A stretch of DNA of 64,000 bases from Mobula hypostoma (taxonomy: Eukaryota), in NCBI RefSeq assembly GCF_963921235.1, contig NC_086097.1, forward strand, positions 190,962,001 to 191,026,000. Reading direction: 5' to 3'. Below the pieces are notes generated by a model, which saw only the letters and a program-made list of their open reading frames with translations, was not told the DNA's origin and searched no databases. A program made the translations under genes and the position numbers. Positions 35,647 to 49,433 of the stretch are shown piece by piece; the first letter of the stretch is position 1; every line of letters starts with the position of its first letter.

Positions 35647-38600
35647 CAGTGGCATATCTAAGGTATGGCAGGTATGGCACGTGCCCTGTGCGCCACTTGA
35701 AGGGGGGCACCACTGAGCAGTTTCTATTAAAGTCAGACAAGCCATCCTCAGATAGTGAAAAAAGAATTTTCTTCAGATGTATGATCTGTCTTTGATTATC
35801 ATGGGTGAGAAACACTAGGATGGCCTTATTTCAGAGCATTCTGTAAGACCATGAAACGTTTCTTCACGAAGTAAAGTGGAGCTGAAGGATGGAAGAGACG
35901 AAAGTTGGAGGCGGAGGAAGCCAAGAAGTTGAGCAAGCTCTTCATGCCCTTCTTTGAAAAGCCCGGAACAAGTAGATCAACACATTCCATGGAGTCGCCT
36001 GCACCTGCTACAAGTTTGTTAGAATCCAAAAGTGGATCAAGTACAAATGCGTCACAAGCCAAGGAGGAAGTCAAGTCAGATAAATCAGAGTATGACGAGA
36101 TTAAGGGTAAGGCTGCTATAGAGGACGTGGACATAACAGGACGGGAAGACGATGGTGGCGGCGGTGATGTTGAGTTTATTGACGAGATTTTACCTGACGA
36201 GATTGAACCTGACGACACCAAACCTAGTGAACTGGATGGTGTCAAAGAGCCTCAAACGTTCAAAATAGAAGTGATTAAACAGCATGACATTGGACTTCAG
36301 AAGTTTGACAAGGATACTGGAAAAGCAATTCTGCCTGACGCGTTGAGGCTGGATTCGAAGTATTTCCAGAACAGTGACGGGCCTTTCCTACCAACAAGTA
36401 ACTGCTCAATGAACAAAACTTGGTTCAAGAGGAAATTGGGAAATGGTCATGGTGAGGAAGTGACTCGCTCATGGCTGGTCTATTCCCCTTCTAAAAAGTC
36501 TGCATTTTGTATCTCTTGTCTTCTCTATTCCTGGTCAGACCATCAGTTCTCATTAGAGCAGGTAAGTGGATTCAACCAGTGGAAAGCGCATGAAAGAATT
36601 AGTGTTCATGAAAATGCCAAGAATCATTGGGAACGTTTCACGCAGTGGAATGAAATTTAGCTGGAAACAGAGGAGTTATTGACACAGTGTTTCAGTCACG
36701 GATTGAGAAGGAAAAGCAGAGGTGGCGTGATATCTTGACGAGAATCCTTCACTGCATAAAATTCCTTGCGACTCAGAACCTAGCTTTGCGAGGACGCAGG
36801 GAGTCACTTCAGCTAGATGATGATTCCAATGTGGAAAATTTCTTTGGCTTACTGAAACTACTAGGCATCTTTGACCCTGCCATAAAAGAACACCTCACTC
36901 ATTTGGAAAGTCATCCTGGATCCATGTCTTATCTTTCACCAGGTGTCCAGTATGAATTCATCCACATGATGGCATCCACTGTTCACCAGAGTTTACTGAG
37001 AAGCATTCGTAAAGCCAAGTACTATGGGCTCATGTTCGACTCGACTCCTGATCAGGCACACTGTGAGCAGATGTCAGAAGTTGTGAGGTATGTGGAAGTT
37101 GATTTTGAGAGGAAAACAGTCCGTGTTAGAGAGTCCTTCCTTGGTTTTATCCAGATAAGCCAGAAGGATGCTGAGATCTTGATTGAAGACATCTTGAAAC
37201 AGCTGGAGAAGGACAAAATGGAGCTACAAGACTGTTGGTCACAGTGCTATGACAACGCTGCTGTGATGGCTGGACACAGAAGTGGTGTCCATCAAAGAAT
37301 AAGCGAGAAAAACAACCTAGCAGTGTTTATGAATTGCGACGATCACTCACTCAACTTGATGGGTGTACATTCAGCCAAGCAGGAAACAATGATGGTCATG
37401 TTTTTTGGAACCATCGAAGCTCTCTACATGTTTTTTCCCTTGTTCAACACAGCGCTGGTAAAAACTCAAAAATGCCGTGTCTGTGGTTGTTAAGTTGGAG
37501 TCCGAAACCAGGTGGAGTGCAAGGACAGAAGTAGTGAAGCCCGTCAACAACTATCTTAAGGAGATACTTCAAGTTCTCCAGGACATGATAGACAATGAAA
37601 ACGAGACCAGTGAAACAAGAAGTGACGCATGGCAGCTGTACAACCGCATGTTGAGTTACGATTTTCTGATTTTGCTAGGATTTTGGAACAAAGTACTCAC
37701 TCACATTGACCATATTCAAAAGAGGCTGCAGGATCCTAGCATGAACTTCCACAATGCTACCCTTGGATTTGAAAGCCCTCTGAGATCATTTTTATGATGA
37801 AAGAGAAGTGTTGGTCAGTGAATCACTCAAAGGAGGAGTCAGTCTCTGTCAAGAATGGAGTATTAAAGTTGAAAGACATCAGAGACAAAAGAAACAAATG
37901 GCTGCTGAAAACTCGAGACACTGGGTTAACAGCTGAGGAGGAAATGGGAAGAGTCATGAAGGGAACACTCGACCGTCTTCACAGAGAAATGGACGAAAGG
38001 TTCGCTCGTTTGCACGACACTGACACCAAGTTTGAATTCCTTCTCGATGTTGAGGGACTATGTTACAGCGCCAACAGTAACGACCTAAAGAAGTGTGAAA
38101 ATTTGGGTGAATTGTACAGCTCTGATGATGGACAGCAGCTATATGAAGAAATTTTGGATTGCAGAATGTTGCTATCAAGGTGTGTCAACATGAAAATATT
38201 AAGACCTGAAGAGCTTCTTGAATTTATTGTTCAGCATGGAGATTAGAGCGTCTTCCCCAATCTTCACATTGCTATTCAGATAATGCGAACCATCGCAGTT
38301 TCCATCACCAGCTGTGAGAGATCATTCAGTGTTAAAACTAATACACGTATTTAAGAGCCTCCATGGGTCAAGGCAGACTCTGATCTTGCTCTGAGTGTAG
38401 AAAGAAGAAACTGAAAAAACTGACTTTGATCACATCGTAGACCAATTTGCATCAGTGAAAGCAAGGAAGGTGCAATTATAATTTTCATGTAGTGCCATAA
38501 TTTGTTAATTAAAAGATTAATGAGCTTGACTTGTATTTTTGAGCTCTGATATTATGGTAAAGTTATCTAAAAGATGGGTGTCAGATGTTTGGATAGGGGT

Positions 38601-38649
38601 GCAATTTCAGTGCTTGCCATAGGCTCTATTTTCTATAGATACGCACCTG
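35647..38649 (+). mobile_element. Full-length hAT DNA transposon (ZMYM1-like/Tip100-type transposase), inactivated
   Basis: Imperfect TIRs cagtggcatatcta / tagatacgcacctg, and an 8-bp TSD gatgtttg (35639-35646) / tatgtttg (38650-38657). Confidence 0.92.
35851..38480 (+). pseudogene. hAT transposase pseudogene (frameshifts and stops)
   Basis: ORFs 35905-36660 (TTF-like zinc finger RSWLVYS..AFCISCLL), 36687-37493 (NLALRG; MFDSTPD; QCYDNAAVMAG; C..HSLNL), 37477-37797 (ETRWSAR) and 37794-38246. The dimerisation motif (SCERSFS) is at ~38310. Confidence 0.88.
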
Positions 38650-39424
38650 TATGTTTGTGCACTATCGTTCAAAGAAATCAACGCAAGATTGTATACTCGC
38701 AATCAAGTTTGAGCACTTACAGTTAATGAACTCTGTTAGGAACTTGGCTAAAGAATCCATAACGAACTGATTTGGATATTCATTATTATGAAGCAGTAGA
38801 AATGGTAATTATTTGATGGCAACCTGACCAACAATGGAGTTCTGGATGATGTACAGACTGAATGAGCTTGTGCATCACGACAAAACTGTTCAAAATTAGC
38901 CTTAATCACACAACAGTGTTTACTACCAACATGGCCAGCTCCAGATCAATTTGAACAGCAATACTCTACTATCCCAAAGCTAACACTTTTGAGTGCTAGC
39001 GATTGTTTAAAAGCAGCCTACCATATACCCCAAATCCTTAAAAATCATCCTCAGTAGCAAAGTGAAGCAATTCATAACAGACCTGCATGCACCATCACTT
39101 TCATCTGTTATTTGATCATTCACATATCTCAAATTAAAATGGCTCTTTCAGAATATCTTACTCACTTTCTCTTAGTATTAAATAAAATAATACAACAATG
39201 AAATGAAGAGAAAATAAGTATCCACTCTTTGTATCATAAACTATGTAAGGCACCACCTTGTACTTTTAGCACTCTAGTTCATTTTAGTGAACTTTTAAAT
39301 CATCCACAATAGGGTTTGTCAAGTCCAGCAGTGTTGGCAAGGGCCCCTTTGAGACTAGTGATAATCACATGTGATCTTCTCCTATTTCCAATGAGATTGT
39401 TCAACACTATGACACCATAGTGGC

Positions 39425-39800
39425 TGATGATGGCATCCATCTGTCTCAAGGGACAATGGGAGTAACCTCTCTAGGGCACAAACCTGGGCAGAAGGCATGG
39501 TGATCCTGGGATACCCAGTCATCAAGATCCCCCTCTCGGCCTCACCGGTGTAGTCCAAAGTAAAATGAAGCAATGCGTTTGACACCATTTTAGCAGCAGG
39601 AACTATTCTCCGGCTGTCTCAGGGGCCCCACTCCAGATTTTCTGTCTGGGTTTACTCCCATAGCCTTTCTCTCAGAGGCTGCCCACAAGGGGCTATTAAC
39701 TCATAGCTGGGGACCTGGTTCATGAGCACAAGGGCGTGTCCACACAACTGTGGGCCTGTGAGCTATGTGTACAGGGGACGGAGCTCCTCCCCGTCCTCTG
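39425..39800 (-). mobile_element. Short retroposon related to the 23167-26038 element
   Basis: Shared blocks: acctgggc, gatcctggg..cccag.catcaagatccccctctcgg, tgtagtccaaag, cactcc.gattt, gggtttactc, cccacaagg. It has a (TCA)n tail. Confidence 0.75.
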
Positions 39801-39869
39801 TAGTTCAGACCAAGTCCAAAAGGAGTTCAGCTTCTGTGTCTCACCAATGAGAAAGGACTACATGAGGCT

Positions 39870-40101
39870 AGCTGGAGTAACACCACTACAGCACCAATGA
39901 CCCAGGTTCATTTCTGTCGCAGTCTGTAAGGAGGGTGCATGTTCTCCCTGTGACCATGTGGGTTTCCTCCAGTTTCCCTCCATATTCCGAAGTCATACAG
40001 GTTAGTAGGTTAATTTATCATGTGGATGTTACTGAGTGGCAAGTTCTCGTTGGGCTAAAAGGGCCCATTACCATGCTGTATTGCTATACAAAATAAATAA
40101 A
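39870..40101 (+). mobile_element. HE1-type V-SINE
   Basis: tRNA B-box-like gacccaggttca, V-domain-like gtctgtaaggagggtgcatgttctccctgtgaccatgtgggtttcctcc, and a CR1-derived tail gggctaaaagggcc..atgctgta..(aaat)n. Confidence 0.75.
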
Positions 40102-40640
40102 CAAGCATTGGTCATAAACTGGAAGTGGAAAGGATCACAATATGTCAGCACTGTACAAATATCAGCAATACAACTATCATCAATAAACCATTAGGGTTAT
40201 ATTTTTGTAACTATCTTACCATATTAATGCAGTGAAAACACATCTGTTGTTTACAACTACTTGTTACAGGTGTGTGGAATTAGTTTAATTTTGACACAGA
40301 CACAGTGAGCCAAAGGGTCTGTTCCTGTTTTGTACCATTCCATGTTCAAAACCAACAAACTCAGCAGGCTGGCTGACTGCTGCACAGGAGGCCTTGGGGT
40401 CATTGCCAATAATATAGAGGAAGTCAAAGGTCTGACCACAGGGAACTCCAGCCAGTAACTGTTATAATTGGATTAAGGAACTAATTGCACAGTGCTTATC
40501 CAGTTTAATGATGAGGCTGTGTGTTGACATTAAATGTTTAACCATATACCTTTTTTCTCACAGCATCAAGTGCATTGTTTCAGTTTCTCATAACTGCATA
40601 GATTAACTTTGGGTAGTACAAGATCTTTTATAATATTATT

Positions 40641-41967
40641 TGTCATAACGGTGGCACTGCAAGACACAGACATTGAAGTACTAGGAACAGGACTTGACTA
40701 GAGAGCTGGGACAAGAACACAGACTTGGGCTAGGACATTGCTAGGCAAGCGGGACCAGGACAAGGAATTGGGAACTAGGATCCTGGGCTTGGACTCCGAG
40801 CCAGATACTGGACAAGGACCTGGAACCCTGGTCTTGACTCGGGCTTGGACCCCGGAACTAGGCAAGGACATGACGTGGCTACAGGACACGACGAGGCTTG
40901 GGTTCGGACTCCGAGCCGAGGACATGACGAGGACCCAGAACCTGGGTCTTGACTCGGACTCTGGCACTAGGCGAAGATATGACGTGGTCTTGGGAGACAG
41001 GACTAGGCGAGGCTACAGGACAGAATGAGTGACTCCTGGGCAAGACAAAGGAAACTCCAGCACAGGACAAAGCATATGGACAGGACAAGAATGTGAAGCC
41101 TTGACTTGGTACTCAGGAACAGCCGAGCCTTGGACTTGGGACGATAGGAACACTGGAACCTTGGACTTGGGACGACAGGAACACAGAACACAGAGCCTTG
41201 GTCTTGGGGGTGGACAGGAACACAGAGCCTTGGTCCAGAGCACAGGAACACAGAGCCTTGGACTTGAGAGACAGGAACATCGAACACAGAGCCAGGACCC
41301 CTCCATGGGAACAGGACTTGGGGCCAGGGCTCTACACAGAATGCAGAACATGACGGGACAGTTTCCAACACTAGGTAGCTGCAAATGGCTGGACCTACCT
41401 AGCAAAGGTGGGGAAAAAGAGACAGTTCCCAACACTAGGTAGTGGCAAACAACCAGACCTACCTAGCAAAGGGATGGACACAGAGACAATTCCCAACACT
41501 AGGTAGCAGCAGACAGCCAGACCTACCTCACAAATGCAAGGACACAGACAGTTCCAACTCAACGATAGACAGCTCCTTCTCTTGACACAGCAAGGCTCCA
41601 GTCTCACTCCAGTGGTTGAACTTGATAAGGTTGCAGGCAAGGCTCCAGAAGGAAGGGGAAGGGAATGGAACAGTCCAGCCTCAGGGTAATGGCAAAGACA
41701 GCCTGGCTTACCCAACAGAGGCAAGGACAGGAAGGGACAGATCCAACCACAGGGTGACAGCCCACAGAGGCACAGACAGGATACTGACAAGGCAAACCAG
41801 CCACCACACTCAATCCCAGGACCACTTATATTCCCAGCCCCAAGATGAGCATCAGGTGCCTATGATTAAGCCCAACTGAAACAAGGGACAGCCGGGAGAC
41901 CTGGAGTCCGGCATCCACGGACAGGACCGTGAACCGGAATGCGGACTTCATGGACTGGACCATGACA
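40641..41967 (-). mobile_element. Solo LTR with internal tandem repeats
   Basis: TGTCAT...ATGACA termini and an ATTATT duplication at 40635-40640 / 41968-41973. It is homologous to the LTR fragment at 16907, with a TATA-like tataag on the minus strand at ~41825. Confidence 0.8.
40680..41560. repeat. Degenerate tandem repeats inside the LTR
   Basis: Recurring units: cctgggcttggactccgagcc / cttgactcgg, caggaacacagagccttgg, and cagttcc(c)aacactaggtag..gacctacct (x3). Confidence 0.8.
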
Positions 41968-42164
41968 ATTATTTGTGTCCGAAGACTTCGAAACTATTTC
42001 ATATAAATTTCAAGTTATAGAGAATAGAGTAACAAGGTCTTTCCATAGATAGATATCTATTTTTTTGTAGTTGAAAGCATTTAAAGTATCAGCATAATGA
42101 TTTGGTATGGTTAATTATAACCATGTTTTGTCTTAAATGATGTAATTCCATTTTATGGAGACAT

Positions 42165-42590
42165 GAAAAAGATTACGGATGCTAGAAATCTGAAGCAATA
42201 CACACAAAATGCTGGAGGATACCCTTCATCAGGACTAAAAAGAAAGGGGGCAGAAGCCAGGATAAAAAGGTGGAGGGAGGGGGGATCCACAATCTGGAGT
42301 GTGATAGGTGAATCCAGGTGAGAAGGGAAGGTAGGTAGATGGAGGGGGAGTGGAAATAATGAGAGAAGCTGAGAGATGATAGGTGAAAAAGGCAAAGAGC
42401 TGAACAAGATGGAATCTTGCAGTAAAGGACAGCAGACCATGGAATAAAGGGAATGCAGAGGGGATCCAGAGGGAGGAAGGTGTGGATAATGCATAGATCA
42501 TGAAAGTGGGGGAGTGGAAAGAGAATGAGTGAAGGGGCCAGACAATTTAGGGAAAATAGAAAAGGGAGAGGAGAGATGAGAGAGGAATGT
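42165..42590 (-). mobile_element. Penelope-like element terminal region
   Basis: gatgctagaaatctgaagcaatacacacaaaatgctggagga..cccttcatcaggact followed by a purine-rich tract. Confidence 0.6.
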
Positions 42591-43068
42591 TTACAGATCA
42601 CACTCATATCTCCTCCCTCTCACCTTAAACCTATGCTCTCATTTTTGACATTACTGCCATGGGAAAATATTTTAACTATTTCTCTTTTCCATCTACTTAT
42701 GATTAGCCTGGCTATAAAGCAACAGGGCTTTGGGAGCAGATGGTCTACCCACTGAAATCCTAAAGCTCTACAGTGAGGAAATTTAGGAAATAAACCACAA
42801 TCCCATTATCCACAATTGAGAAGAGGAGTATATACTGTACTCTAAGAGGAGAAGACCAAAAGTTGATGTTATAGTGATCATCTGTAGGAAAGCAGACAGA
42901 TCTGTAGTGGATATGATCTTCACTGCCTGATAACACCAAGAAGGGTCTAGGGAGCAGCGCCAGCCTTTTAGAATGTCACTTTACATGTACTCTTTTAGTG
43001 TCATGGAAGCTTTTGCCTTCATTGGTCATGAGGTACTATAGATCATCATGTTTTATTTCAGCTGCCTC

Positions 43069-45375
43069 CATAAGACCATAAGACATCAGAGCAGAATTAG
43101 GCCATTCAGCCCATCAAGTCTTCTCCTTTGTTCCGTCGTGGCTGATCCCTGATCCCTCTCAACCCCATACACTGGTCTTCTCGCCATATCCTTTGATGCC
43201 CTGACCAATCAGAAAATGATCAACACCTGCCTTAAATATACCCAAGGAACAGGCCTCCACCACGGTCTGTGGCAGGGCATTCCACAGGTTCACTACTCTC
43301 TCGCTAAAAAAATTTCTCCTTACCTCTGTTCTAGAAGGTGGCCCCACAATTTTGAGGCTGTGCCCTCTGGTTCTCGATACCCCCATCATAGGAAACATCC
43401 TCTCCACATCCACCCTATCTAGTACTTTCAGTATTCAGTAGGTTTTAATGAGATCACCCTGCATTCTTCTAAATTCCAGTGAGTACAGGCCCAAAGTTCC
43501 TCATATGTTAACCACTTCATTCCCAGAATCATCCTTGTGAGCCTCTTCTAGATTCTCTCCAATGACAACACATCCTTCTGAGATATGGGGCCCAAAACTA
43601 TTGACAATGCTCCAAATGTGGCCTGAGTAATGTCTTATAAAGCCTCAGCATTATCTCCTTGCTTTTATATTATATTTTCCTTGATATAAATGCAAACATT
43701 GCATTTGCCTACTTTACCACAGACTCAACCTATAAATTAAACTTCTGGGAGTCTTGCACAAGGATGCCCAAGTCCTTCTACACCTCTGATGCTTGAAACT
43801 TCTCCCCATTTAGATAATACTTCACACTATTGTTCTTTTAACCAAAATGCATTATCATACATATCCCAACATCTTTCCGGTAACATCACAGAATTTTATC
43901 TTGTTAAGCTGCCTCATGTGTGGCACCTTGTCAAATGTCCACCCTGCTTGTTACTTCCTTGATGAACTCGAACAGATTTGTCAGGCAAGATTTCCTTTTG
44001 CTGACTTTGGCTTTTACAGCATATTACAGGCCCTTTGGCCCATAGTGTTGTGCCGACCATGTAACCTACTCCAGAAGCTGCATAGAATGTCCCTACTGCA
44101 TTCCTCTCTATTTTTCTAAGCTCCATGTACCTATCTAAGAGTCTCTTAAAAGACTCTTAAAAGAACTATCCTTAATAATAGACTCCAACACTTCACCAAG
44201 CACTGAGGTTAGGATAATTGGCCTCTAATTTCCTTTCTTTTGCCTTACTCTCTTCTTAAAGAGTGGAGTGATATTTGCAGTCTTTCAGTCAACAAAGACC
44301 ATACCAGATTCAAGAGATTCTTCAGCAACTTCTGTTAGATTTATCCACCTTTCAGTTTGCCTAGCACTTTTTCTTTGTAAAAGCAATGGCACTCATTCCT
44401 GCCCCCTGACACTCATAGACCTCTAGCACACTGCTAGTGTCTTCCACAGTGAAGACTGATGCAAAGTACCCATTAATTTCATCTGCCATTTCTTTGTCCC
44501 CCATTATTACCTCACCAGCATCATTTTAGCATCATTTTCCAGTGATCCAATATCAACTCTCACCTCCCTTTCACTCTTTATATAACTGAAAATAAACTTT
44601 TGGTATCCTGCTTTATTGTCTAGTCTACCCTCATATTTCACCTCCTCCCTTCTTATAGCTTTTGGATTTTAAAAGCTTCCCAATCATCCAACTCCCCACT
44701 AACTTTTGCCACTTTATATGTCCTTTCCTTGGCTTTTATGCAATCTTTAACTTACCCGTCAGCCACAGTTGTCTACCCCTGCCATTTGAGAACTTCTTCC
44801 TCTGTGGGACATATCTATTCTGTGTCTGGTGAACTATTCCCAGAAACTTCAGCATCTCTGATCTGCCACCACCCGCACCATTATCCTCCTCCAATCCACC
44901 TAGGCAAGCTCCTCTCTCTTGCCTTTGTAATTCCCTTTATTCCATTGTGACACTGATACATGTGACCTATGCTTCTCCCTCTCCAATTGCAATATGAATT
45001 CAATCATATTATGAACACTGCCTCCAAAGGGTTCCTTCACATTACGCTCCCTATAAGATCTGGGATGTTACACAATACCCAATCTAAAATAGCCTTTCAC
45101 TGAGAAGGCTCAAGCACAAGCTGCTCTAAAAAGCCATCTCGTAGGCATTCAAAAAATTCCCTCTCCTGCAATCTGACACCAACCTGATTTTCCCAATCCC
45201 CTTACATATTGAAGTCCCCCATTACAATTGTGACATTACCCTTATTACATGCCTTTTCCCACATCATTCGGAGGCCTACATAGGATTCCCATAATGTTTT
45301 AGTTACCCTTGCAATTTTGTAACTCCAACTACAAGGATTCAATATCTCTGACCTGATGTCACCTCTTCCTTAAGA
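43069..45375 (-). mobile_element. CR1/HER1 LINE, degenerate and internally deleted, with a small CR1 3'-end insert at ~44015-44165
   Basis: (cataagac)n tail; ORF 43159-43413 (SRTRGHSLKI..RRNFFSERVVNLWNALP); upstream blocks are collinear with 2522-4780. Confidence 0.9.
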
Positions 45376-45892
45376 TGTAATTTTATTTGCTCTGTGATGA
45401 CATCCAGTCCATAGTATTTACTCTCAATAAAAATCAGTGTCAAACGAAACTGTGTCATTGCCACTGTTCTCAATTGTTCTTGCAGAAATGTTGCACCACA
45501 CCTCCAACAGACTTCCTGTGTCAGTGAGTTCAACCTTAAACTGATGGGCAACTGGTCAAGACAATGACAAGACGCGGAAAAAAAAAATCAGCCAAATTAA
45601 TCGAGCTGTAGTCTGCAGCTGATATTTGTGTTTGTGCATGCTTGGAGACCAAGCCCCAAGCTATTCTCTAGTTGTTCACTGAAGCATGTGGGAGGCTACA
45701 GCATACACTCAACATCTGTGTGACCAAGGTCCTATGCCAACAATCCCTAATGCATCATACTAATCTGTAAACTTAAAGATGAAAAGTGAGAGCCTGTAAA
45801 TTATGACCTAATTTCCACATCTCAGGGGCCACCTCAGGGTTGATGGAATTCACCACCACTTTCTTTGTACAGCCTTTGAATGATAAAGGAAA

Positions 45893-47859
45893 AGTGTATT
45901 TCAATGAAAGTAATGCATGAATCCATTTCTTTTAAAGGAATGACTCCTAGAGTGTATGATCTGATGTATGCGTATGCGCTGTGCATTGTTCTCCCTCTCT
46001 TCCTCCCTTACCCCTCCCCTTTCACCCTCCCACTCCCTCCCTCCCTCCCCGTTCCCTCATTCCTTCTCTTTCCCCCATTTTATCACACACTATGAAAGAT
46101 GGATCTGAAAGTCCACTTGCTTTTGCTTCATGATCATTGGCGAACGCAAAACGCAACTGCGCACAGATCGACCGAATGGCCCTTAGTCTAATATTCAGAA
46201 TAAAGAAGTTCCAGCACTACCTATACAGTCAAAAGTTTACGCTAGTGACATATCTCCAGCCCCTTGTGTCCATTTCAATCCCAGGAAGGGAATTCCAGTG
46301 ATGTCTGCTATCCAATTACAATGTTGGCTACTGTTCTTAGGAGCCCATTCTTATGACATAGATTTCAACAGTTTCAAGTAACACAGCAACATTGATGGCT
46401 TGTCATGTCTTCCGCTGTTGGCAACTGAAGAAAAGTCTTCATACTGTGATCCAGGAGAGGTGTTCCACATAGCACTGGTGGACCAACTGCTGGTAACAAA
46501 TTCGGAAATACAACGAGAGATAAAGAATAAACCAACATTGTCAAAAGTCTGTGCAATCACCACGCAAGGATGGCCAGCTCATGGTAACTCTATGTTTCAG
46601 AGTTCTCAATGAGACAAGACCAACTGTTGGTATATCAAAGACAGTTGATGCATGGATCTCGTGTTGTGGTTCCCTCTGAACTATGCACCAGAGTGTTAGA
46701 GAATCTGCATGAAGGACACCTGGGTACAGTCAAGATGAGGAGTCTTGCACGGAACTACATATAGTGGCCAGATATAGATAAACAGATTGAAGACTTGGCC
46801 AAAAGCTGTTCGGGATGCCCAAAAGTTCATAATGCACCCCCACAGGCACTGTTACACCTGTGGGAGTGGCTGTTTTCACCATGGCAAAAAGTACATGTTA
46901 CTTTGCTGCCCATTCATGATCATTCCTCTAAAAGTCAACCATCTCAGCAAGGAGCACAAGGTGGACAACTTCCTTTTTGTGTATGAGAAATTTGTTCACG
47001 TTTTCGACAAATCAAACAGCTGCAATGCTGTTCATGAGCAGGAATCTGAGATTTTGCATAGACTTAATGAAATCAAATCTATGGAGGGAAGTGCAGAATA
47101 AACAGTTTAACCAGTTGCCAAATGAATCAGCAAGGGGCTTTGAGGTTGGATGGGAAGCCCTAGCACTTGATTACTGAGAAGATAAGTGGACACCCAGTAG
47201 GATAACTACAAGAATTGTACCATTGATGTACACAGTGGATTTTGGAGAACAAACATGGAGATGTCATGTGGACCAGATACTGGATGCTGAACTGAAGAAC
47301 ATACCTCAGTCGATAGCATCCAATAAGACAAACACATTGCAGTCACCAGACTTACCTCTCAGTGATGATTATGTCACTGACAGCACTGTGACACCAACAA
47401 CCGAGAACGCTGTCAGTGACAAGATACCTGGCAAACCTGACGCTGCTCCACAGGTCCATAGACACAATTCTGAAAGAAACAGAGCACCACCCAAACTACT
47501 GAATCTTTAGGACAGTGAAGTTATTTATGGACTGTTATTGTGAAATTATGTTAGTTGGAATATGGGTTTATGAAAGGGAAATTGAATGTTTAGTATATAT
47601 ACATATATATTACATAAATCTAAAGGAGGAGCCAGTGTATGCAATCTATTTCTATTTCTTTTAGAGCAATGACTCCCCATAGCACCACATATGATCTGTC
47701 ACCCACACATGTGCATTGATCTATTGCCTACACTTGCACATCTCTCTCTCTCTCTCTCTCACTCAGACACTCACTCACTACCATGTGAATACACTAGTTA
47801 AAGCCATTGACTCCATGTGTGCTTTTATTTAATCAATATGTAGTTGCACAGCCATAACA
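45893..47859 (+). mobile_element. Degenerate Gypsy (K02A2.6-like) LTR retrotransposon, heavily deleted
   Basis: RNase H-like text at 46115-46420 (AFAS..AQID..KKFQHYLY..FTLVT..SNIDGLSCLPL) and an integrase zinc domain at ~46660-46830 (VLENLHEGHLGTVKMRSLARNY..CSGC). Related LTR-like blocks (tttctttta.ag.aatgactcc..tatgatctg..tgtgcattg) sit at ~45925 and ~47655. Confidence 0.75.
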
Positions 47860-49418
47860 ATCAAGATTTCATCCTTGGCAAAAAAAAAGTCATGTCCTAC
47901 TGGGTGACAATGATACCTGGCCTCATGGCACCAAATAGATGCCCCAAAGGTATTCTTCACAAAATCCTTCAAATAGGAAAGATAATGAATCAATGGCAGT
48001 ACTCTCGCCCAGCTATCATTCTAATATTTCCTCACTACTAAATGTTTAAAGCTTCTATGAGAAGCTGAAATCTGGAAGTTCTATCTAATTAGTAAGGAGG
48101 CAAAAAAAATCATTGCAATATTGACAAGTATACTTTGCTGACTGTGAGTTTCTTTGTTGCAATCAGTGTTGCCAAAGAACATGGAAGTGGAATTTAAATA
48201 GTCATTCCTACCATGCTGACTGTTTGCTATTTGGGTCTTTTAGTTTACTGATCAATATCTGCCCTGTATTTGCTAATTATCTCTGCTAGACAACAGAACT
48301 GCTAATATTGGGAGTAATTCCTGAGGCACATTGCTACTTATCCAGCTTCTAACTACATTATTTTCCTTGCATGTTTTATTAAGTATACTTTTAAGCTATA
48401 GGAAGACTGGAGCTAAAAGAAAGACACAAGGGAGAAAAGAGTAAAGCAAAGTCTGAGGAGAGAATACAATGTTCTTCATGTACTATGGACTCATGAGGTG
48501 GGAGTAATATTAGATAGTTTTCAGATTATCCTGTAAACTTTTGTAACCGAGTGACTGTCGGATTTTACTTAATAAGAGTGTACTTAGACATCCATCCGGG
48601 TAATGCTAGAATAGTTGTCTGTGCCTTTAAGGGAGATGGTGATGTCATTACGCACGCACAGGATAGTGGGGAGACCATCTTGTTTCTGCTGAAGACGCTG
48701 TTGTGGCGTTGGATTTGAGTTCCTCCCCGAGACAGGGCATGGTGAGGAAAGGTGAGCATTAATTGATGATATCCATGTGAATTCATTTATGCTTGTTGGC
48801 AAATCGAGAATATCAGTAATTTAACATGTTTTACATGTGGATGCTTTAGATTTCCACGAGTGAAGAAATCGATGCAGGATCGTGTGGCTTATGCAAAGTT
48901 CCTCACCATCCAAGTAGGTCAGTCTTCCTGTAATTTAACTACCAGGCTATACCTTGTAAAAGTTGTGCCAAAGTGTACCTTTTGTCTAACTTTATGGTAT
49001 CGAGACTGACTGTGCATGTAACTGCGTAACGTGAATGTTTAGTCTCTGTTCGGAAGTTCAGCACATGTGTACGTCTTAGATGAGATGTATTCACTTACAT
49101 CTTTCGCTGTTATGTATAAAATACAGGGTGGGTGGGATTCTAATGTTGTTTGTATTGTGTTCCTTCAGGATTGCCATTACCGTATTAGTACCGTATTAGT
49201 TCTGGTATTTTTTATACTGCATACACAATTCTGTCCATACACAAGGGTGTAGATCGAAAGTTCAACTGAGATTGTAACGGCAAGAACTGGTTGCAAATTC
49301 ATTTGTTTTGTTTCGCGACTCTCTTCTGGCACGTAAACGTCTAAAACAGATAAAGGAATTAAAACTCGAAAAGGTATTTGCTGTCCTGAGTGCGTGTTTT
49401 TCCCCAGGCTACAAAATC

Positions 49419-49433
49419 TGGTACCAGGAGTGG
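49419..49433 (+). other. Primer-binding site (probably tRNA-Leu)
   Basis: TGGTACCAGGAGTGG lies 5 nt after the LTR end and resembles the complement of a tRNA-Leu 3' end. Confidence 0.7.

Noticed and set aside
35905..38246. Host ZMYM1/ZBED-type gene
   Set aside because: It is frameshifted, intronless and bounded by TIRs and a TSD, so it is a transposon copy.
41340..41560. CRISPR-like repeat/spacer pattern (cagttcccaacactaggtag x3)
   Set aside because: The 'spacers' are homologous to each other, the context is a eukaryotic LTR and there are no cas genes. It is an ordinary tandem repeat.
40698..41879. Cluster of 70-140-aa ORFs on both strands as genes
   Set aside because: These are low-complexity products of stop-poor tandem repeats inside an LTR.
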